DNA of 53,170 bases from a plasmid. This document shows, in pieces, positions 19,773-29,334 of the stretch (positions within the stretch are counted from its first letter, which is position 1; each line of letters begins with the position of its first letter). The position numbers and the translations under genes were made by a program. The notes under the pieces were generated by a model that ran no database searches, was not told the DNA's origin, and was given only the letters and a program-made list of their open reading frames with translations. The stretch is from sequence record NZ_CP023007.1; one strand, written 5' to 3'.

Positions 19773-21110
19773 ATGACTAGAAATGATGAAGTCTTGGATG
19801 AAGAAGAAAAGTATTTCGCAGGTGCGGACCGTGTTTATTATTTTGACATGGTGATTGATTCAGGAACAGGCGCCGTAGTACGCGATGTCGCAGGAAACGA
19901 ATATATTGATCTATTAGCTAGTGCAAGTGCTACAAACACTGGCCATGCGCATCCAGCAATTGTGAAGGCAATTACTGAGCAAGCTCAAAAGTTGGTTCAT
20001 TATACGCCTGCGTATTTTTCTACGTCGACTGAGGCAAAATTGGTTAGCCGACTAGTCCATCTGGTTCCTGAAGAAGGCGATTGGATGGTGGCTTTTGGAA
20101 ATTCTGGATCGGACGCAAATGACGCTGTAATCAAATTTGCGCGTGGGTATACTGGACGGCCAAATGTGGTGAGTTACACAGGAGCCTACCACGGTTCAAC
20201 ATATGGTTCTATTACTGCGTCTGGGGTTAGTTTAAACATGGTTCGCAAGATCGGACCATTGTTGCCTGGATTCTTCAAGGTGCCTTTCCCAGCCCCATGG
20301 AAGAAGCAACCGGAGGAATCAGAAGAAAAATTTACCGACAGAATGTTTGAGGCGTTTTTGGAGCCGTTCAACAATTATTTACCGGCTGATGAGACGGCGG
20401 TTATTTTGATTGAGCCAATTCAGGGTGATGGTGGAATTGCAGCAGCACCTAAGTTATATTGGCAAAAGGTTGCTCAATTCGCTAAAGAACATGGCATTTT
20501 GCTGGCAGTCGATGAAGTTAATCAAGGAATGGGACGTACTGGAACGTTCTTCTCATATCAGCGGTTTGGCCTACACCCCGATTTGATCAGTATGGGTAAG
20601 TCTTTGGCGTCTGGAATGCCACTTAGCGCGGTTCTAGGCCGGCGTGAAATTATGGAAAGTCTAGAAAGTCCAGCAAATGTGTACACGACTGCGGCAAATC
20701 CAGTGAGTGCAGCCGCCGCGTTGGCTACACTTGATGTTATTGAGAATGAACATTTAATGGAGCGCTCAAAAGAGCTAGGCGAGATTGCACGTGAGTTCTT
20801 TGAAGGTGAGCAGAAACGTCATGATTTCATCGGCGGTGTACGCATGTATGGATTGAACGGTGGAATTGATATCGTTGATCCGAAAACTGGGCTGCGGGAT
20901 ACTGATGCCACTAATTACATTTTATATGCGCTATTTAAACGTGGTGTTTTGATGATTTCGTTACAAGGTAGCACTTTGCGATTCCAACCACCTCTAGTAA
21001 TCACTGAAGAACAATTGCGTCAGGCGTTCGACGTACTACATGGTGTATTCAATGATTATGAGAATGGTAGATTAACGGCCCCAACCGGTAGGCACCATAT
21101 TGGTTGGTAG
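19773..21110 (+). CDS. class-III PLP-dependent aminotransferase (GabT/putrescine-aminotransferase-like)
   Basis: Class III aminotransferase fold signatures throughout; lies in an operon with the permease. Confidence 0.85.
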   Translation: MTRNDEVLDEEEKYFAGADRVYYFDMVIDSGTGAVVRDVAGNEYIDLLASASATNTGHAHPAIVKAITEQAQKLVHYTPAYFSTSTEAKLVSRLVHLVPEEGDWMVAFGNSGSDANDAVIKFARGYTGRPNVVSYTGAYHGSTYGSITASGVSLNMVRKIGPLLPGFFKVPFPAPWKKQPEESEEKFTDRMFEAFLEPFNNYLPADETAVILIEPIQGDGGIAAAPKLYWQKVAQFAKEHGILLAVDEVNQGMGRTGTFFSYQRFGLHPDLISMGKSLASGMPLSAVLGRREIMESLESPANVYTTAANPVSAAAALATLDVIENEHLMERSKELGEIAREFFEGEQKRHDFIGGVRMYGLNGGIDIVDPKTGLRDTDATNYILYALFKRGVLMISLQGSTLRFQPPLVITEEQLRQAFDVLHGVFNDYENGRLTAPTGRHHIGW

Positions 21111-21896
21111 GAACAATAAACAACAGTTGTGGCCTCTTTTTGATGCTGTATAATTAAAGGGTTAGAACCGTGTCATTACTTAATGACATAAGTAAGGAGA
21201 GAAAAAGATGAAACATAATGAGCATCTATTAGATAAATCGTATTTCGAAAAAGTCGCTGCACTTTTTAATAAAGGACAGTCTGATCCCCTGCTAGGTGAG
21301 GCCATGTGAACATGGAATAATCTTCAGGAAGGTTTCACAGCCAATGAGCGCCTTCCAGACACGCTCGTTGATATTGCTGTTTGGCCCGTTTTTAATCGCG
21401 CTCCTCAGCTATATCGACAAGCACCACAAATAAAAACCCGCCCTGCGTAACTTTGGTCGGTTACAAGGCGGCAATGTATTTTGTAATCTAGACCACCGCC
21501 TTTAAAGCGGCTTGTCTGAGAAGCTCCGTTCACGCAGGGCTTCTTTTTCTTCCTCGCATTATAGCATGCCTTTAATTATCCTTCGACTATTTTAAATTAA
21601 CTTTCTAATAGTTCTAGGGGACGCACGTTTTTTTGTACTAAAACAAAGGTAAAAACTAGTAGACATAATCAAAATATTTTTTGATCATGAACCGTACAGT
21701 GTGCTCTTCTCAATTGATAACAAGGCCTTTGGTGCAAACTGTGAGCTGGGTCCTGGGAGCTTGCTTCCATTCATTAAAAGTCCCGTTTATCGTCTCTTAG
21801 TGCAGCTTAAAATACCAACGGTGGGCCCATTTTAGCCACCTCGCATGAATCTTTATATTCAACACAATTTGTAGATCAATCAGATCGTCCACCAAT

Positions 21897-21950
21897 TTGC
21901 ATAGGCACCACATATAGTGCTACAATGATATCCTAACTACTATATATAGA
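21897..21950 (+). promoter_or_regulatory. nrd promoter (TTGCAT-18-TACAAT) with two putative NrdR boxes ~31 bp apart
   Basis: Box 1 CACCACATATAGTGCT overlaps the spacer; box 2 ACTACTATATATAGAA contains the perfect palindrome CTATATATAG. Confidence 0.4.
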
Positions 21951-21963
21951 AAAAGGACGATGA

Positions 21964-22437
21964 TTAGTTACGGAAACCATAAACATTCTCTACATCAGTT
22001 TGAGTGGCAACACGAAATATTTTATTAGCAGACTGACAACATACTTTGAGAAAGAACATCATGTTCGGGTTAGTTCCATTAATGTTAAAGAACACCCTGA
22101 ATTCACCACTCTTGACCAGCCGTTTGTTACCTTCCTACCAGCCTTTCTTAAAGGTGGTAATGGGGTTAATAACGGTTATACTGAAATATTAACCACTATT
22201 TTGGGAGATTACCTCGCGTACGAAGGCAATTACCGGCATTGCTACGGTATTATCGGTAGCGGTAATCGTAATTTTAATAAGCAGTTTGCACTCACGGCTA
22301 AACAATATGCTAAACACTTCGATTTTCCTTACATTACCGATTTTGAGCTACGTGGCACCGCACACGACATTCCTCGCATTGCCAATGCCATCTTAACCTA
22401 TCGCAATCAATTTTGTTTTCAAACAACGAAGGAGTAA
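21964..22437 (+). CDS. nrdI: NrdI flavodoxin-like protein. The six-frame ORF starts at TTG 22000, but the conserved N-terminus LVTETINILYISLSGNT lies upstream in the same frame with no ATG
   Basis: The (L)VYISLSGNT FMN-binding motif spans 21964-22014. An ATG at 21960 is out of frame by one nt. Confidence 0.8.
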   Translation, partial: LVTETINILYISLSGNTKYFISRLTTYFEKEHHVRVSSINVKEHPEFTTLDQPFVTFLPAFLKGGNGVNNGYTEILTTILGDYLAYEGNYRHCYGIIGSGNRNFNKQFALTAKQYAKHFDFPYITDFELRGTAHDIPRIANAILTYRNQFCFQTTKE

Positions 22438-22443
22438 TCCCTA

Positions 22444-24612
22444 ATGGTAACTAGCACCCCAGAAATGGAAAATACCTATTTTTACTTAAATAACCTCGTA
22501 AATATCCCAAGCAACGGAGAAATTCCGCTACATTATGATCAAGAAGCCCTCAAGGCCTATTTTGAAGAGACGGTCGAACCAAAGACTAAACAATTTGATT
22601 CATTGGATGCCAAATTAAACTACTTAGTCGACGAAGATTACATTGATCCAGATATCTTGAATCAGTATTCCCACGAATTTGTGCGGTCCTTGTTCGACCG
22701 AATGAAAGACCATCACTTCCATTTCCGCAGCTTTCTCGGGGCGTACAAGTTTTACACACAGTACGCCATGAAAACCAACGACGGACAACAATTCTTGGAA
22801 GGTTTTATCGACCGTGTTGTCTTCAATGCTCTCTACCTTGCAAACGGTGATGAGCAACTTGCTAATGACGTTGCCGATGAATTAATTTCACAGCGTTACC
22901 AGCCCGCCACTCCCACTTTCCTCAACGCGGGGAAAAAGCGCCGCGGAGAAATGTTGTCGTGTTTCCTAATTGATATGGCCGATTCCATGCTCTCAATTGG
23001 ACGTGGCGTTAATTCTGCCCTTCAACTATCTCGAATCGGTGGGGGCGTCGGCGTTAACCTGTCAAACTTGCGCGCCTCAGGTGATCCTATTAAGCAGATT
23101 TCCAACGCCTCGTCTGGCGTTGTACCAGTGATGAAGTTACTTGAAGACTCATTTAGCTACAGTAACCAACTTGGGCAACGGAACGGCGCCGGAGTGGTTT
23201 ATCTCAACGTCTTCCATCCTGACATCTTACATTTTCTGGATACCAAAAAGGAAAATGCGGACGAAAAAATTCGGGTGAAGACCTTGTCCCTCGGTTTGAT
23301 TGTTCCTGATAAATATTATGAATTACTCAAGACTAACGAACCAATGTATCTTTTTAGCCCCTATGATGTCGAACGTGAATATCGTACGCCATTTGCTTAC
23401 ATCGATATCACCAAAGAATATAACAACATGGTCGCTAACCCCAATATTAAGAAGTCAGTCTTTAACGCGCGGAAACTAGAACAAAAGATTTCTCAACTCC
23501 AACAAGAATCTGGTTATCCTTACATCTTGAACATTGATACGGCCAACCAAACTAACCCTGTCGATGGCAAAATTATTATGAGTAACCTTTGTAGTGAGAT
23601 CTTACAGCCTCAAGAACCGTCAAAACTTGATGATGACCTATCGTACAAGACAATTGGCACCGATATTTCATGTAATCTCGGATCAACTAATATCATGAAT
23701 ATGATTGACTCGCCGGACTTCGGTCACTCAGTTGAGGTTGCTGTTCGTGCGCTCACCCTCGTAACTGACACAACCGACGTTAAGGAAGTACCGACTGTTA
23801 GACATGGTAACGAACTTTACCACACGATTGGATTAGGGGCTATGGGTCTGCATACTGCCCTTGCACGCCACCAAATTGAGTATGGCTCACCAGAGGCCCT
23901 TGAATTTACTGATGCCTACTTCCTAGCTTTAAACTACTATTCACTCGTTACGAGCAATAGAATTGCCCGTGAACGCCACGAAACCTTCGCTAAATTTGAC
24001 CAATCAAGGTACGCTGATGGTAGTTACTTCGATCAATACTTGAACGCAGACTTTGAATTTAAGAGTACCAAAGTTGCAGAGATTTTCAAAAACATTAAAT
24101 TACCATCTGTTGCCGACTGGGAGGCCCTCAAACAGGCCGTCATGGCGGATGGTCTTTACCATCGTAACCGACTTGCCGTGGCACCGAATGGTTCCATTTC
24201 GTACGTCAATGAAACGAGTGCGTCACTTCACCCAATCACACAATTAGTAGAACAACGGCAGGAAAATAAAGTGGGATCAATCTTCTACCCGGCACCCTAC
24301 CTGTCTAACGAAACTTTGCCCTACTACACGCCCGCATATGATATCGACCAACGCAAAATCATCGATACCTATGCCGTAGCGCAAAAACACATTGATCAAG
24401 GCATGAGTCTGACACTGTTCATGCGTTCAGTTTTGAAACCCGACCTTTACGAGTGGAAGGACAATGACAACTTGAAGATGACGACCCGGGACCTTAACCG
24501 GTTACGGAATTACGCCTGGACCAAAGGCATTAAGTCACTTTATTACATTCGAACGTTTACAGAAGACGATGAAATTAAAACGGCAAATGAATGTGAATCA
24601 TGCATGATCTAG
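22444..24612 (+). CDS. nrdE: class Ib ribonucleotide reductase alpha subunit
   Basis: Active-site NLCSEI and C-terminal CESC pair; 722 aa. Confidence 0.95.
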   Translation: MVTSTPEMENTYFYLNNLVNIPSNGEIPLHYDQEALKAYFEETVEPKTKQFDSLDAKLNYLVDEDYIDPDILNQYSHEFVRSLFDRMKDHHFHFRSFLGAYKFYTQYAMKTNDGQQFLEGFIDRVVFNALYLANGDEQLANDVADELISQRYQPATPTFLNAGKKRRGEMLSCFLIDMADSMLSIGRGVNSALQLSRIGGGVGVNLSNLRASGDPIKQISNASSGVVPVMKLLEDSFSYSNQLGQRNGAGVVYLNVFHPDILHFLDTKKENADEKIRVKTLSLGLIVPDKYYELLKTNEPMYLFSPYDVEREYRTPFAYIDITKEYNNMVANPNIKKSVFNARKLEQKISQLQQESGYPYILNIDTANQTNPVDGKIIMSNLCSEILQPQEPSKLDDDLSYKTIGTDISCNLGSTNIMNMIDSPDFGHSVEVAVRALTLVTDTTDVKEVPTVRHGNELYHTIGLGAMGLHTALARHQIEYGSPEALEFTDAYFLALNYYSLVTSNRIARERHETFAKFDQSRYADGSYFDQYLNADFEFKSTKVAEIFKNIKLPSVADWEALKQAVMADGLYHRNRLAVAPNGSISYVNETSASLHPITQLVEQRQENKVGSIFYPAPYLSNETLPYYTPAYDIDQRKIIDTYAVAQKHIDQGMSLTLFMRSVLKPDLYEWKDNDNLKMTTRDLNRLRNYAWTKGIKSLYYIRTFTEDDEIKTANECESCMI

Positions 24613-24719
24613 GAAATTCACTTGGGGTCTTACCGTCCGTTTAACACACCGGCATACGTTATTGGGTCACAAGACCCATATACCCCATGAATCCTAATTA
24701 AGGAGACGAACAAATAACG

Positions 24720-25646
24720 ATGGACTATTTATACTACAAAGCAATTAACTGGGATGACATTAAAGATAATTTCGATAAATACACGTGGGAACAACTCACC
24801 ACTAACTTTTGGTTGGACATTCGGATTCCCGTCACGAATGATCAACCAGCTTGGCAACAGCTAGCAGACACTCAACAACAGGCCATTACCCGCATGTTGG
24901 CAGGTGCATCGATGTTAGCCGTCTACCAATCAGAGGTCGGCACTCCTGCCATTCGCCATGATCGGCGAACCCAACAAGAAGAATCCGTATTAAATACCAT
25001 TACCTTCATGAAATCAGTCCATGCTAAGAGTTACACGACCATTTTTCGGGCCCTGATTCCAGGCAATGGTGGCGCAAATCTCACTTGGGCAGACAATAAT
25101 GCTGATCTGCAAGCTGAAATCGACCAACTCGCTCAAACGAGCACCAATGGCACGGCTTTACAAAAAAAAGCCCTTTTTATTTTGACCGAAACTGGTCTTT
25201 CATTTGGTAAATATTGGACAACCCTTCAAACCCATTCTCTCGTCAATACCTACCAAATGTTGGCCAATATTCTTCGTGGAAGTGCCATCTTTAGTGCCTA
25301 TGTCGGCTACAAATTTCACCTTGGGTTTGAAGACCTCGCGTCAAGTGACCAAGCCGAACTGCAGCATTGGATTAATACACAGTTTGATCAACTCATGCAA
25401 ACTGAAAAAGACTTCCTAGAAGCTAACCTTGACGATGCCGCCGAAGCCATCAATTTGGCCTACTATGGTGCCAATCATGCACTAATATCACTTGGTTTCG
25501 ATGCTGTCTACGAAGTTCAACCGTCTTCACTAGTGGCGCAACTCAAAGAACTGATGATTGACCAAAATCAATTTTTGCAACAGGTAACGGCTGCAAACAA
25601 TGAATCGGACACTGAAAAAATGACCGATGACGACTACGACTTTTAA
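24720..25646 (+). CDS. NrdF-like R2 paralog with a degenerate metal site: A67, K98, H101, E157, S188, F191 in place of D, E, H, E, E, H. It retains Tyr105 and the C-terminal DDDYDF tail
   Basis: Aligned to the downstream canonical nrdF (~35% identity) and to class Ib NrdF ligand positions. Confidence 0.8.
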   Translation: MDYLYYKAINWDDIKDNFDKYTWEQLTTNFWLDIRIPVTNDQPAWQQLADTQQQAITRMLAGASMLAVYQSEVGTPAIRHDRRTQQEESVLNTITFMKSVHAKSYTTIFRALIPGNGGANLTWADNNADLQAEIDQLAQTSTNGTALQKKALFILTETGLSFGKYWTTLQTHSLVNTYQMLANILRGSAIFSAYVGYKFHLGFEDLASSDQAELQHWINTQFDQLMQTEKDFLEANLDDAAEAINLAYYGANHALISLGFDAVYEVQPSSLVAQLKELMIDQNQFLQQVTAANNESDTEKMTDDDYDF

Positions 25647-25660
25647 GGAGCATTCAACTA

Positions 25661-26611
25661 ATGAGCTATAAAACAATTAACTGGGACATCATCGAAGACG
25701 AACTTGACGAATATGTATGGGATAAAGCAACGGCACAATACTGGCTGGATACGCGAGTACCTGTTTCTAATGATTTACGGGACTGGCGGACACTCTCTGG
25801 CACCGAAAAATCGGTTATCAATCGGGTTGTGGGTGGATTAGCCTTGCTGGACACACTCCAATCCGAAGAAGGAGTCGACGTGATGCGGCCCGACGTTCGG
25901 ACACGAAAAGAAGCAGCAGTCCTCAATGACTTTTTGATGATGGAGTCAATTCATGCCAAAAGCTACGGCACTATTTTGACATCTTTGAACGATCAAGCCA
26001 CTGTTGACGAAGTATTCAAATGGATGAACAATAATCCCAGAATGCAATACAAAGCCAAACGGATCAATGATATTTATCAAACGGGAAACAACCTTGAAAA
26101 GAAAGTTGCAAGCGTCTTTCTTGAAGGAATTTTGTACTACACCAACTTTTTTACCCCACTTTGGTACCGTGGTAACAATAAGCTGGCAAATCTTTCTGAA
26201 GTTATCAAACTGGTGATCCGCGATGAATCTGTTCATGGTACCTACCTCGGCTACAAATTTCAATTGGGATATAACGAGCTATCGGCGACTGAACAAAAAA
26301 CATTCAAAGAGTGGATGGATGAGTTGCTCGACGATCTCCTTGAGAACGAGTTTGCGTTCACCGAAGAAGTTTACGCGCCGATTGGGTTAGCGGAAGACGT
26401 TAAACAATTCGTTCACTACAACGCCAACAAGGCGCTCCAAAATATGGGCTTTGAATCCCGCTTCCCTAATGCTGAGATTAAAGATATCAACCCAATCGTA
26501 ATGAACGGAATTTCAACCGAAACGGCCAATCATGATTTCTTTTCACAAGTTGGTGCTGGCTATCTAATGGGTAATGCTGAAGCTATGAGTAGCGGCGACT
26601 ATGACTTCTAA
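25661..26611 (+). CDS. nrdF: class Ib ribonucleotide reductase beta subunit (canonical metal ligands)
   Basis: LLDT, MMESIHAKSY, FLEGI and RDESVHG are all present, as is the GDYDF tail. Confidence 0.95.
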   Translation: MSYKTINWDIIEDELDEYVWDKATAQYWLDTRVPVSNDLRDWRTLSGTEKSVINRVVGGLALLDTLQSEEGVDVMRPDVRTRKEAAVLNDFLMMESIHAKSYGTILTSLNDQATVDEVFKWMNNNPRMQYKAKRINDIYQTGNNLEKKVASVFLEGILYYTNFFTPLWYRGNNKLANLSEVIKLVIRDESVHGTYLGYKFQLGYNELSATEQKTFKEWMDELLDDLLENEFAFTEEVYAPIGLAEDVKQFVHYNANKALQNMGFESRFPNAEIKDINPIVMNGISTETANHDFFSQVGAGYLMGNAEAMSSGDYDF

Positions 26612-27411
26612 CATAGGCTTCTAGGCATAATTAAAATTAAAAAAAGGCTAATATCTACAGGAAATATTAAAGTAAATCCCCTGAGTTGTACTAGTCCCTG
26701 TCAAGTTGTCATTTGAAATAATATAATTTTTGCTTTGCTTAAACGGCCTCATTCCAGTATTCAGCTGGGTGAGGTCGTTTCTTGCTGGTGAACGATCTAG
26801 TTGATTAAAATAGTTGATGCCTTCTTCGGCCAAGGCCACTAATTCTTTATAGGTAACTGGTTTAGCGTGTCGATCAATCCAGCGCAATTTGAACTCGTTC
26901 CACCAACGTTCCATTGGTGCGTTATCATACGGCATTCCTGGTCGTGACATACTACGGGTGACTTCATGTTGCGCCAAAAAGTTATTGAATGTTCCTGATG
27001 TGCATGCCGAACCTCGGTCAGTACGCACTACAGGGTGGACGTCACCCGCAAAATTAAAGGCCCGTTGAAAAACTTGAACTTTTGCCTTCGAAGTTTCAGT
27101 TTCACTTAATTTATGGGCAATTAGATGGCGACCGTAAAGATCCAGCGCGCCACTCAAACGCACTTTATACTGACCGTTAACACCATAGGTCAATCCCGTT
27201 GAATCAGCTAACCAAACCTGGTTTGGTTGGTTAACGCTAAAACGCTGATTTAAAACATTATCTTGTAAGTATTGCTCCTGTTGTTTGATTCGTGAATGCT
27301 TTTTCTGACGAACCTGGCAACGAATGCCTAGCTTGCTCATAATCCGCTTAACTTGCTTTAACGCCACCTGTTCGGTGACGGCCGGGTCTTTTCTGAGATT
27401 AGATAATATTT
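26612..27411 (-). mobile_element. IS3-family 3' fragment (orfB integrase core 26648..27367, N-terminally truncated)
   Basis: DDE/rve-domain sequence; abuts the nrdF stop. Confidence 0.7.
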
Positions 27412-28176
27412 GGTAGCGTCAAGAATCTTGTGTAAATGAAATGCCTTCGTACATATAATATGTATCTAACTTAAATAAATGATGCTTCCAAGATGTCAGG
27501 GAGTCCTTTGAACCCTCGGTGGATCCGCTTCAGAGACTTCTCGTTATAAACATTAAACTGAGAAACCAGGAAGCGATCCAGTGAATCTTCCGTTGGAAAT
27601 TGTTCTTTGTGGTGGGTGGTGCGCTTGAGATGCTTATTAAAGTTCTCAATCAGGTTAGTGGAGTATAGTGATTGCCGGATAGCTGGTGGAAAGACCATGA
27701 AAGTGAGTAAATTCGGCATTTTAAGCAGTGGTAATTCCCTTGGTATACAACTGAATGACCGTTGTTTCTAAATTATCACTGTGCCGACCGTAGGCCGGCA
27801 AGGTATGATTTTCAAACCGGCCATTGCGATCTCGAGGAATGGTTAAGTTAAGTTGGCCGTACTTCGTATCAAACGAGCGCTGATAACTGCCGTTGCGGTT
27901 ATTACCAGTGTTAATCCCAGCGTATGAGTAGCGTTCGTAACCCAAAAACTCTGCCAATTCGGTTTGAAGCAGCTGGTTAATCGCAATTTCGAGGTGGTGA
28001 CGAAAAACTTCGTCTAAATCTTGCTTCTGGGCTAGTGCAGCGATAATTTCTGTGGTAAGTTCATTCATGGGGAATGCCTCCTGTGATGTTTTCTGTGGTT
28101 ACTAAATATCATAAGGGAAGGCATTCCCTATTTCTATACAATTCAGAAATCTCTTATGCATTTACACAAGATATTT
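27412..28176 (-). mobile_element. IS256-family element with an internal deletion (~760 bp): transposase N-terminal 115 aa (27721..28068) fused to C-terminal 82 aa (27471..27719)
   Basis: MNELTTEIIAALA..RNGSYQRSF..LNLTIPRDRNGRF N-terminus and KRTTHHKEQ C-terminus. Imperfect terminal IRs AGCGTCAAGAATCTTGTGTAAATG / CATTTACACAAGATATTTTACGCT. Confidence 0.75.
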
Positions 28177-28860
28177 TACGCTCTCATCAGGGGAGAATTG
28201 GTTTCTCCTTGAATGATCTACCTGAACATGGCGTACGCCAACGGCGTAACGTTGACCAACGATCCAAATATAATCAATCTTTGGGGCGATCAATTGAACA
28301 GCGTCCCATGATGATTAATCAACGTAATCGCATCGGCGATTTTGAACTAGATACAATTGTTGGCCCCCGTGGGCATAGTAAGGCAGTTTTATTAACCTTA
28401 ATCGATCGCAAATCACGTTTCCTTTGGGCCTACCGATTAAAAAACCGGACAGCAGTAACCGTTAATGAAGCCCTAAATAAGTTTCTAGCAACTTTTAATG
28501 GCCCGGTGCATAGTTTCACGGTGGACCGTGGCACTGAGTTTAGCGGGCTAGTATCACTTGAATCACAATATGGTATTAAGACCTATTACTGCCATGCTTA
28601 TACTCCAGCTGAACGTGGTAGTAATGAACGCTTTAATCGGAATTTACGTTATTTTTATCCTAAAGGGACTCGTTTTGAGCACATTAGTGCTCAAGATTTA
28701 ACGACGACGTTACTCCAAATTAACCAGCGACCGCTTAAAATACTCGACTGGCAAGCACCGTATCAGGTTATGCTGACAAATTTGTCAAAAAATTTGGATT
28801 AAATTTGCAATCTACCACTCAAATGCCATCCATGCCGTTGAAAAATATTCAACCCGTAAG
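28177..28860 (+). mobile_element. IS30-family 3' fragment (transposase C-terminal DDE region ~28270..28802)
   Basis: SIEQRP..INQRNRIGDFELDTIVG..DRKSRFLW..DRGTEFS. Confidence 0.7.
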
Positions 28861-29016
28861 GCTGACGTCATGGTTTGTTTCTGCGTCATTGACAGTTGCT
28901 GCATTAAACGACCCTCTTTCATGTGACTGTTCATCTAAGTACAGACACATGATATATCCAACATATAACGCCGATCAATGACTCCATGAAAGGTCTTGCA
29001 GCAACTTCTTAACAAA

Positions 29017-29208
29017 CTAGTGCTGGTGGGCGTGTTGTTGACTTGACTGGGGCCGATAAGCGGCAACTAACCCTGTCACAGCGTCCAAAGTCATAATCAG
29101 ACCCATTAACCACATCGCTGCCATATTGTGCATGGTACCAATTAGAATCAGCAGCACCATATTTAACGCCAGCATGAGCCAGCCCATTGTTTTCGACATT
29201 TGTTGCAT
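29017..29208 (-). CDS. small membrane protein with a His-rich C-terminus (HAHQH), divergent from the multicopper oxidase
   Basis: GAGGAGG RBS 7 nt before ATG at 29208; two TM helices. Confidence 0.4.
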   Translation of the reverse strand: MQQMSKTMGWLMLALNMVLLILIGTMHNMAAMWLMGLIMTLDAVTGLVAAYRPQSSQQHAHQH

Positions 29209-29334
29209 GAAAATCCTCCTCAAGTGTATGGATAAGACCTATACCATTTTTCGATATTACTTTAGATTAATTCTAAATTATGTTTATGGTAATCTTAAAA
29301 AGTGTTAAAATTCTTGTCAGAGGGGGAATCACGA

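Noticed and set aside
21120-21200. tRNA or other RNA genes anywhere in the window
   Set aside because: No cloverleaf-compatible segments or rRNA-like conserved stretches were recognised on inspection. Without a scanning tool a small ncRNA cannot be excluded.
24720-25646. Assigning the degenerate NrdF to metal-free class Ie
   Set aside because: As I recall them, class Ie R2 proteins keep both His and replace D / third E / fourth E (Q-S-K or V-P-K patterns). This protein replaces D, the first E, the fourth E and the second His, so it does not fit.
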